Below are positions 40,380 to 47,660 of a DNA stretch of 64,000 nt, piece by piece. The notes under the pieces are model-generated. The model was not told where the DNA came from. It made no database searches and saw nothing but the letters and a program-made list of their open reading frames with translations. The stretch is from a virus (lineage: Duplodnaviria > Caudoviricetes): the IMG/VR virus record IMGVR_UViG_3300016476_001378, one strand, 5' to 3'. The translations under genes and the position numbers were made by a program. Within the stretch, counting starts at the first letter, position 1, and each line of letters begins with the position of its first letter.

Positions 40380-40533
40380 CTATAATGAGATAATTCTCAG
40401 TTATTTTATGGCTTCAAATGTTAAGAAAAAGCATGATTTCTTTTAGTGTTTTTGCTGGCTTTATTAAATAAAACTACCAACTCCATAGGAAATTCCCTGC
40501 AATTCCATGTATAATTAAAAAGAGGTACAAATT

Positions 40534-41055
40534 ATGATAGAATTGACGTGTGAAGTTTGTGGTAATGTATTTCAGAGACAAAAGGGAGAATATAACAGAA
40601 GCCTTAAAAAGGGCAGAAAATCATATTGCTCTAGAAAATGTTGCGGCAAGGCAGTAATAAATAATATCGGAGACTTTAAAAGCGATTACGATATTTCCCA
40701 GCATGCCGGAAACCGTAATGATAAATATACTTTCTTAAGAGCTGTTTATAGGACTACGAAAAATAGAACTGACAAAAATTTTGACTTAACGCTAAATGAT
40801 TTGTTGCAAATCTGGGAAAATCAAGAAGGTAAATGTATTTATACTGGATGGGATTTAGAAACTATTTCTTGGAAAAAACGTGTGAGAAACCCAAAGCAAA
40901 TCTCCATTGATAGAATAGACTGCAATTTAGGCTACACTAAAGACAATGTTCAATTGGTTTGCTTAATAGCAAATTTAGCAAAAAATAATTTTACAAATGA
41001 ACAATTATTTGATTTTTGTAAATCAGTAATAGAGAATAAAGCCAGAGAAAGTTAA
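40534..41055 (+). CDS. Zinc-finger plus HNH (endonuclease VII-like) homing endonuclease
   Basis: CEVCG...YCSRKC; QEGKCIYTG...SIDRIDCNLGYTKDNVQLVC...N. Confidence 0.8.
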   Translation: MIELTCEVCGNVFQRQKGEYNRSLKKGRKSYCSRKCCGKAVINNIGDFKSDYDISQHAGNRNDKYTFLRAVYRTTKNRTDKNFDLTLNDLLQIWENQEGKCIYTGWDLETISWKKRVRNPKQISIDRIDCNLGYTKDNVQLVCLIANLAKNNFTNEQLFDFCKSVIENKARES

Positions 41056-41067
41056 TTTTCTCTGGCT
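41040..41067. terminator. Bidirectional terminator between HNH gene and tmRNA
   Basis: agccagagaaa/tttctctggct. Confidence 0.7.
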
Positions 41068-41071
41068 TATA

Positions 41072-41447
41072 CGGACCCGGGCGGACTCGAACCGCCGTCT
41101 TACGTGCATCTTAAAAAAGCATCTACAAGCTTAGTATAAATTTTAATTTAATTAAAGAGGCCCCTTTATACTAGGTTCTCATTAACTAGCCCTGCTATAC
41201 TAATTGTTAATCTTAGAGCAGCAAATTAACAATTGTCAGCTATAAATAACGCAGAATTTCAGTCTAGCTGAAAACTTCATTCCACGGCTGAGTTAAATAC
41301 TCAGGCTGCGATCGCATACGCAGAAGCGTTGCGAGCTGTTGCAAAGTTATTGTTTGCATTTATTGTTTTCTTCGGGTTTAACGAGGCCACCGAACACCTC
41401 GACTTGCAGCTTAATCTCCCTGCCCGCAATCTACTCCAATCGAGCCC
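41072..41447 (-). ncRNA. ssrA: tmRNA; tag ORF 41357-41301 encodes ANNNFATARNASAYAIAA
   Basis: 5' GGGCTCG pairs with 3' CGGGTCC including G3-U70; T-arm GGCGG-TTCGAGT-CCGCC; ATAAAT-GCA resume context; tag ends in AA. Confidence 0.93.
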
Positions 41448-41487
41448 TTATAATTGTTATTTTACAATGTTATCGTATGATTTTCTA

Positions 41488-41709
41488 TCAAACAGAAATT
41501 TTCTTTTTGGTCCATCCCAATGCTTCTTCTTCTGATACTGGTCTGCCATATTCTTTAAATAAAGACTTTAGTTCTTTATTGAGCTTAGAACTCTTGGTGC
41601 GAATTTGTGTCTTGGTTAATTCGCCATCGCAGGTTAAATTTTCAGGAGAAAGTTGTGAATAACATCGGAGAATGTCTTCTCTGATAAAATATTCATTCCT
41701 TTTAGTCAT
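41488..41709 (-). CDS. Hypothetical phage protein
   Basis: LSPENLTCDGE motif; likely start MTKR. Confidence 0.6.
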   Translation of the reverse strand: MTKRNEYFIREDILRCYSQLSPENLTCDGELTKTQIRTKSSKLNKELKSLFKEYGRPVSEEEALGWTKKKISV

Positions 41710-42301
41710 TGCTTCCAAGCGCCTCCATAGCAGATAATTCACAATCTTCAACTAAACCTACACTATCAAATTGATGGTGAAATGGCATGGGTTCTCTATC
41801 AAAATTTAGGGCCCCATTAATTACAGTAAGTTTAGCATACTTGTATTCGTAGGACATTGATTCTAGCATACATTCAAGGTTGTTATACTTCTGGTTTAAC
41901 TCATAGAACCAGATGAATGGATAACTGTATCGAGTTGCAAAACTTATTTCCAGCTTGCCTTCTGCTCTATTGATAAACAAATCTTGGTCATCAATGTCAA
42001 AGGTTGTTTGCCAATTGTCAGTTACCCAATCATGGGTATCATTGCTGTTGTAAAAGGGATAAATGTTAGCCTTTACATGTTTATAAGTAAAGCCTGATTC
42101 TGTACGTTTGAAAATAAGAGCATTATCATAATCTGAATGAATAAATTCAGTTTCATAATCGGAGAACTCGGGCGATAAATCTTCAGGCATAGGCATGATA
42201 GTATTGAAAGACATGCGCCCATTATTGATTTGTTCTGACATAAACAAATTAATATCCATGTCAGAACCTGTAAGAGTAAGCTTGTTGATAAATACGTCCA
42301 T
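41702..42301 (-). CDS. Hypothetical protein (DUF1281/YubB ferredoxin-like)
   Basis: NKLTLTG, FNTIMPMPEDL, DWVTDNWQT, F.T...P. Confidence 0.55.
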   Translation of the reverse strand: MDVFINKLTLTGSDMDINLFMSEQINNGRMSFNTIMPMPEDLSPEFSDYETEFIHSDYDNALIFKRTESGFTYKHVKANIYPFYNSNDTHDWVTDNWQTTFDIDDQDLFINRAEGKLEISFATRYSYPFIWFYELNQKYNNLECMLESMSYEYKYAKLTVINGALNFDREPMPFHHQFDSVGLVEDCELSAMEALGSND

Positions 42302-42352
42302 TATTGTTTCTCCAGTTATTTTGATACTACTATAGGAGATGGATGTAAATTT

Positions 42353-43288
42353 TTAAGATGATTCTAAGAACCTGATAGCTTCTATTGCTGCTTGGCAACC
42401 CATACCAGCTGCTGTAATAGCTTGCCTAAAGTGTCTGTCTGCTACATCACCGCAAGCGAATAGGCCTGGGACAATTGTCTTGGTAGATCCTGCCTCTGTA
42501 TCAATGTAACCGTCTTCAGCTACAACACCCAAGTGCTTCACGAGATTTGACTGTGGTTCATGGCCAATAGCCACAAAGACACCATCAATGTTCATGTTAG
42601 TATCACGAGGCTCCCTGTCCAAGCACCATGTAAGTTGAACACCTGTTACTTTGCCATCCCCAACACCTAGCACTTGTTTCACCACTGCATGCTCAATAAA
42701 TGTGATGTTCTCCGTGTTGCGGGCTCGCTGCAGCATCGTATTGCTGGCGCGGAACTTATCAGAACGATGGATGATGTAAACTTGCTTGCAGAGCTTTGCT
42801 AAGTAGGTAGCTTCTTCCATAGCGGTATCTCCACCACCCACAACAGCGACTTCCTTATTACGGTAAAAGAAGCCGTCACATGTGGCACAAGATGATACAC
42901 CTCTGCCCAACAATTCCTGTTCGCCAAAGACACCAAGCCACTTTGCCGTAGCACCTGTGGCCAAAATCACGGCCTTGTAAGCATTCGTGTCACCATTCTG
43001 GTCGGTAAGCTCGAAGTGTTGTTCTTCCCGCCGTAGTTCTGTAACATCGTGCTGCAAAAAACGTGTATCGAAGCGTTTCGCCTGGGCAGACATAGCTTCC
43101 ATCAGGTCAGGCCCCTGTATACCTTCCGCAAAGCCTGGGAAGTTGTCAACTTCTGTGGTAGTTGTGAGTTGTCCACCTTGCACAAAACCCGTGTAGAGAA
43201 TGGGGTTCAGGCCAGCACGGGCGGCATAGATGGCGGCTGTGTACCCTGCTGGGCCACTACCAATAATAGCAACATTTTCTATTTTCAT
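42353..43288 (-). CDS. trxB: Thioredoxin-disulfide reductase
   Basis: IIGSGPAGYTAAIYAAR, CATC, VVGGGDTAMEEA, GLFACGDV, RQAITAAGMGC. Confidence 0.97.
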   Translation of the reverse strand: MKIENVAIIGSGPAGYTAAIYAARAGLNPILYTGFVQGGQLTTTTEVDNFPGFAEGIQGPDLMEAMSAQAKRFDTRFLQHDVTELRREEQHFELTDQNGDTNAYKAVILATGATAKWLGVFGEQELLGRGVSSCATCDGFFYRNKEVAVVGGGDTAMEEATYLAKLCKQVYIIHRSDKFRASNTMLQRARNTENITFIEHAVVKQVLGVGDGKVTGVQLTWCLDREPRDTNMNIDGVFVAIGHEPQSNLVKHLGVVAEDGYIDTEAGSTKTIVPGLFACGDVADRHFRQAITAAGMGCQAAIEAIRFLESS

Positions 43289-43297
43289 TATTACAGC

Positions 43298-43525
43298 CTA
43301 ATTAAAACAATAATACATAACGATGTCAGACAAGATTACACCTCGCTGGCGACAAATGGTGGCAAAAGCAGTTTTAAACTTTAAGCTATCTGGCAGCTCA
43401 TCATATTTAAAACCTTCACTGATAACATAATCTGCCAGACATGAGAGTTCATCATTGGTCAGCGACCGAGTTGGGGCCCCTTCACAAATTTGAGTAAATA
43501 AATCTTTGATGTACAAAATTTCCAT
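43298..43525 (-). CDS. Hypothetical protein
   Basis: 75-aa ORF. Confidence 0.5.
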   Translation of the reverse strand: MEILYIKDLFTQICEGAPTRSLTNDELSCLADYVISEGFKYDELPDSLKFKTAFATICRQRGVILSDIVMYYCFN

Positions 43526-43595
43526 AGTTTATTATGTGTTTAAAAATAACAAAAAGCCCCTTAGAAATTAATCTAAGGGGCCTCTTTTTAATTAA

Positions 43596-43895
43596 CTATG
43601 AACCATCAGGTTCAACTACATCAACTGCATTTATCCATTTTGGTCTTGTTTTCAACGCATGATACAAACAAGCTCTAAAGTCGTATGAGTACTCCATGTC
43701 AATGTCAAGCAAAGAAAAATCTTCTACAGCTCCCCAGATAGGTTGCTTGCCTTGATTTCTAGCTGCTTGCGAAACGTATAAACTCAATCTAACTGTAACT
43801 ACAGGATTATCATCGCAATGGACCAAAGCGCTGATAATTTTCCAATAGTTTCCAGAAATGCCTGATGGTAATTCTTCGTACAATTCAAAAGCCAT
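43596..43895 (-). CDS. Hypothetical protein, possibly a tail-fibre accessory protein
   Basis: Likely start MAFEL; YWKI...LYVSQAAR...Y.ALK...AVDV. Confidence 0.55.
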   Translation of the reverse strand: MAFELYEELPSGISGNYWKIISALVHCDDNPVVTVRLSLYVSQAARNQGKQPIWGAVEDFSLLDIDMEYSYDFRACLYHALKTRPKWINAVDVVEPDGS

Positions 43896-43896
43896 T

Positions 43897-44532
43897 TTAT
43901 TTTCCTTCTTTTGGAGGCCAAGTGGTCGCCTTGCCTTCTGGCGTAACATGATAAGCATTAAAATCTATGTGCGGATATTCTTGCTGTAATTGTAAAAAAT
44001 GTGCAAGATTAGTTTTACTATCATCATAAAAATGAACTCTTCTAAAGTCATTTTCAGGATTATCTAAGTATTGGCGTAAAACTACATTTTTCTTTTGTGC
44101 TGGTAAATCATCGCCTGGAATGTTACCTGCTCTGTGCAAGTGTATTCCTTGGTCCATAGGAATACCCCAATCTTTAAATGTGTCTAAAACTGGGTCTTTG
44201 CTATCAAAGTCAGATCTCGCAGTGTTGATTATAACTTTGCTTCCAGGATACTTGCTAACATTTTGATGAACAGCTCTCATTTTTCTGAGCATGGGTTCTA
44301 TGGGTGTGCTTTCCTGATTGAATTTTTGGCTATCTCTAAATTCAGAGAAATCAAAATATTCATTGGGGCCCAAATTGTAATTATTAAAGTCTTGATTTGA
44401 AAGAGACTTTAATAATTGTCCAGTTGTTTTATCTTTAACTAGAACATTAGCTGTTGTATGAAAGAGAGTATCATCAATGTCAAAAACATGCAATGATTCT
44501 CCCATTCTGTCTTGAGAATATCTGTACCACAT
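43897..44532 (-). CDS. HAD-superfamily phosphatase-like protein with MWYRYSQ N-terminus
   Basis: FDIDDTL, TAR, K, FYDDS..NL. Confidence 0.8.
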   Translation of the reverse strand: MWYRYSQDRMGESLHVFDIDDTLFHTTANVLVKDKTTGQLLKSLSNQDFNNYNLGPNEYFDFSEFRDSQKFNQESTPIEPMLRKMRAVHQNVSKYPGSKVIINTARSDFDSKDPVLDTFKDWGIPMDQGIHLHRAGNIPGDDLPAQKKNVVLRQYLDNPENDFRRVHFYDDSKTNLAHFLQLQQEYPHIDFNAYHVTPEGKATTWPPKEGK

Positions 44533-44541
44533 ACACATTCT

Positions 44542-44567
44542 ATTATAACAGCAAACAATCTAAACCT
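44542..44567 (-). promoter_or_regulatory. Putative phage promoter AGG-N17-TATAAT
   Basis: AGGtttagattgtttgctgtTATAAT. Confidence 0.55.
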
Positions 44568-45666
44568 TGAATAATTCTTTTAGATAAGCAAAACTCAACT
44601 TAGGTCTGTATTCTTTGATTTCAGACCAATTTACACCTTTTTGAAGCATCATACTCTCAACGTATCTTCGGGCGCAAGCTGCGTTATACAGGGCCCTATT
44701 TCGGCATCTTTTAACCTTGCTAGGGTTTACACCGTAGGTATAAATCTTTTGTATTCTGCCCTTCCAGAATAAAGGCAAGTCTTCTAGTAAACATTTATAA
44801 TCTACCCCATTTGGATCAACTGCATAATGGTGTTCAATCATTGGATTTATCCACACTCTATTTTCATGCCTTCTGGAAGCGCAATAATCTATTTCTATCT
44901 CATAATCCCAAAAGCCATAAGGAATCATAATAGGTGGAACATCATTTGTGTCATACATAAAGGATACAAATGTGTAGCCGTCAAAATGTGTACACAATTG
45001 TTTTACAGGCAGAAAGATTTTTGCCACAGGTGATTGGCAGCTTACGTCTAACCAGTCTGCTCTAGGAATAAAAGCATCTCCATAAGAGTAATCAAACCAC
45101 CAGCTCCTAAACAGAGCTTTATTAACAATCATTACACCTTCTGCTCTGCTGGTGTAATAACTGCCAACGCCATTGCTGTGATACTGATAATTAAATCCTG
45201 GGAAGTTCATAATCCAAGAGCAATTATCTTGGAAGTGACTATAGACAGCCCCTTTGTACATTTCATCACATTCTTCTAGGGCCGCTATTAATTTATTTAA
45301 TTGATTATGATTTGCAGCCACATAAGGATGGTCATGATTGCCAGCATACCAAATTAAATCATCTTCTATGTTGTCTAATTTGTTTATAGCTTCTTGCCAT
45401 TGGCTTTGAAAGGCATTTCTTGTTTTATAAAGTTCAGCTTCTGGGAAAATAAGAAGTATTTTTTGATAATATTCTTCTTGGTTTTCAATTTCAGGATCTA
45501 ATTCACAATAAATAATTACTTTAGACCACTGTATAGTTTTGTAACTTTCTAAAGTATAAAGGAAAATTTCTTGTTTAGAATAATTTGGTAAATTATATCT
45601 ATAATTTGGCATACCCAAGGGACTTGGTGAGCCTTCTTGTAAATAAACATTGATAAATAATAGCAT
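44560..45666 (-). CDS. Hypothetical protein, possibly glycosyltransferase-like
   Basis: IWYAGNHDH, HFDGY; likely start MLLF (45666). Confidence 0.55.
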   Translation of the reverse strand: MLLFINVYLQEGSPSPLGMPNYRYNLPNYSKQEIFLYTLESYKTIQWSKVIIYCELDPEIENQEEYYQKILLIFPEAELYKTRNAFQSQWQEAINKLDNIEDDLIWYAGNHDHPYVAANHNQLNKLIAALEECDEMYKGAVYSHFQDNCSWIMNFPGFNYQYHSNGVGSYYTSRAEGVMIVNKALFRSWWFDYSYGDAFIPRADWLDVSCQSPVAKIFLPVKQLCTHFDGYTFVSFMYDTNDVPPIMIPYGFWDYEIEIDYCASRRHENRVWINPMIEHHYAVDPNGVDYKCLLEDLPLFWKGRIQKIYTYGVNPSKVKRCRNRALYNAACARRYVESMMLQKGVNWSEIKEYRPKLSFAYLKELFKV

Positions 45667-45677
45667 TATAATCAAAA

Positions 45678-45795
45678 AGAGGGCGAGTGGGCTTTTACCC
45701 ACGGCGTTTCAAGAGTACCACTCTTTTGAGTTGTGTGACCCGGTATTTCGCCCTCTCCCTTCCTAGTTGGAAGTCCTCAGATTATCAATCCTCGT
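45678..45795 (-). ncRNA. Unidentified structured RNA with tRNA-like T-arm/acceptor stack
   Basis: 9-bp closing stem 45678-86/45748-56 enclosing GTGGG-TAAAAG-CCCAC and AAGAGT/ACTCTT hairpins; upstream CTTCC/GGAAG hairpin; TTGTCA-N17-TACAAG promoter-like site. Confidence 0.45.
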
Positions 45796-45835
45796 ATTAT
45801 TACTTGTACAGATTTTCAACGCGATTGACAATCTG

Positions 45836-47155
45836 TTATATTATCTGTTCTAATCGCCCAGTTGAATCACCAATTTTTTCTTGTGGGATGCCTATTTTAT
45901 CTGTCATAGATAAAAATAGATTAGTCATTGGTGTACCATTATTAAATTTGTAATCTTTCCCAGATTTGATTTTGCCACCAGCATGACCTGCTACAAGAAT
46001 AGGAAGATCGTCGTGGTTATGTCTATCCCCGTCACAAATACCTGCGCCATAAACAACCATAGAGTTTTCCAACAAAGTTCTATCGCCTTCTTTGATGGAA
46101 TTCATTTTATCTAAAATGTATGCTAATTGTGTTGTATGGAAGGTATTTATTTTTCTCAAAGCTTCGAGCTTTTCTGGATTCCTTTGATGGTGGGACATTT
46201 CATGGTGTCCATCATTTACTCCAATCATTTTGTAAGCTCTATTTGAGCCTTCATTCGCAAACATAAATGTAGCAACTCTGGTGGAGTCTGTTTGAAAAGC
46301 TAGAACCATTAAATCGCCAAGAAGCTTGATGTGTTCTTCATAATCTGATGGAATCCCCTGGAGATTTTTAAGCTGTTTATAATCTGTAGATTCAGAAGTC
46401 ATCTTATTAGAAAATGCTATTCTTCTTTCAATCTCTCTGATACCAGTCATGTATTCATCTAGTTTAGCTTGATCTGTGCGCCCTAATTTTTTATTTAAAA
46501 TCTTAGCATCTTCCATGATAAAATCAAGAATGGATTTATCTTCTTGCATTCTCATAGCCCTTGAGATTGCACTCTCATTGGTATCGCCTTGGAATAGTCT
46601 TTCAAATAACAATTTGGGGTCAACTTCTTTAGCTACAGGTGTGCTTTCTGACCTCCAAGAGATAGAGTTAGAATAAGCACAAGAATAGCCCGAGTCACAG
46701 TCGCCCGCCAACCCACCTCTTTCACAACCAATTTCAATAGAGGCGAATCTTGTTTTGTCACCAATTTCGCGAGCAATGATTTGGTCAATAGAAATGCCAG
46801 ATTTAATATTGGCCCCTGAGGTTTTTCTTGGATGACAGCCTGTAAGCCAAGCAGCAGCAGATCTTGCATGGTCTCCAGGACCATCGCCAAGAGGGAAGGC
46901 ATTCTTTTGTGTCAAGCCTGACAAGACACTAAAATGACTTCTCAAGCTAGATAAAGGCTGTAAAGTAGAAGGCAGTGTTGAATTGCTTGGTATCCAATGT
47001 TCCATGTTGATACCATTTGGAACAAAGATAAATGCTGTTCTAATAGGGGCCTGAGGTGCGGAAGCATAGGCGCTATCAGGCATGATAGATTCCAAGAAAG
47101 GGAGTGCTAAAGTTACACCAAGGCCTTTCAAAACTGTTCTTCTACTTAAATACAT
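45836..47155 (-). CDS. DUF1552 family protein (Tat signal)
   Basis: LSRRTVLKGLGVTLALPFLES, GDHAR, SIDQIIA, YSCAYSNSISW, HHEMSHH, HNHDDLP. Confidence 0.9.
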   Translation of the reverse strand: MYLSRRTVLKGLGVTLALPFLESIMPDSAYASAPQAPIRTAFIFVPNGINMEHWIPSNSTLPSTLQPLSSLRSHFSVLSGLTQKNAFPLGDGPGDHARSAAAWLTGCHPRKTSGANIKSGISIDQIIAREIGDKTRFASIEIGCERGGLAGDCDSGYSCAYSNSISWRSESTPVAKEVDPKLLFERLFQGDTNESAISRAMRMQEDKSILDFIMEDAKILNKKLGRTDQAKLDEYMTGIREIERRIAFSNKMTSESTDYKQLKNLQGIPSDYEEHIKLLGDLMVLAFQTDSTRVATFMFANEGSNRAYKMIGVNDGHHEMSHHQRNPEKLEALRKINTFHTTQLAYILDKMNSIKEGDRTLLENSMVVYGAGICDGDRHNHDDLPILVAGHAGGKIKSGKDYKFNNGTPMTNLFLSMTDKIGIPQEKIGDSTGRLEQII

Positions 47156-47616
47156 TAGTTCACCTTGAATAAAGTTTCAAACTTTTCTTTTGGTATGACC
47201 ATCAATAAACCATTAGCAACGCAAACATAATCGCCAAATTTTAATGGGATCATGTAAGGACTATTAACTACAACTTTATTGATGCCATAATATCTGACAA
47301 TTGCAGATGGAGTATTTTTCTTAAAGATGCCATGGTTGCCTTCTCTTCGAAGAAAGTTTAAATTATAACTGCTAGTAAATTCTTTGACATTAGTAGTTTT
47401 GTATGTAGTTTTATCTTCCAAAGAACGATTGCTGTAATAAAATTCTTCGGTTGCCTGACCCATTTCATCAAAGATTTGTGTTAGTTTATATTCGCATAAA
47501 TCTTGATACATTTTGCCCTTCTTTTCAATAAGAGGGACAAAATGTTCGCACATCTTAGCGTATGAAATTAATTCTTTGCTACAATAAACTCTAAATAAAG
47601 TTTTTAATTTTTCCAT
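47155..47616 (-). CDS. Hypothetical protein
   Basis: 153-aa ORF coupled to DUF1552. Confidence 0.55.
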   Translation of the reverse strand: MEKLKTLFRVYCSKELISYAKMCEHFVPLIEKKGKMYQDLCEYKLTQIFDEMGQATEEFYYSNRSLEDKTTYKTTNVKEFTSSYNLNFLRREGNHGIFKKNTPSAIVRYYGINKVVVNSPYMIPLKFGDYVCVANGLLMVIPKEKFETLFKVN

Positions 47617-47660
47617 TCCACGCCTCGCTACCCAATGACTTTGTGATAGATCAAATTAGG

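Noticed and set aside
41329-41662. Plus-strand ORFs 41329-41535 and 41339-41662
   Set aside because: Antisense to the tmRNA and a minus-strand gene; no protein features.
45678-45795. Canonical tRNA or hammerhead ribozyme
   Set aside because: No TTCRA loop or cloverleaf; CTGAGGA is present but GAAA does not follow stem II and stems I/III are not evident.
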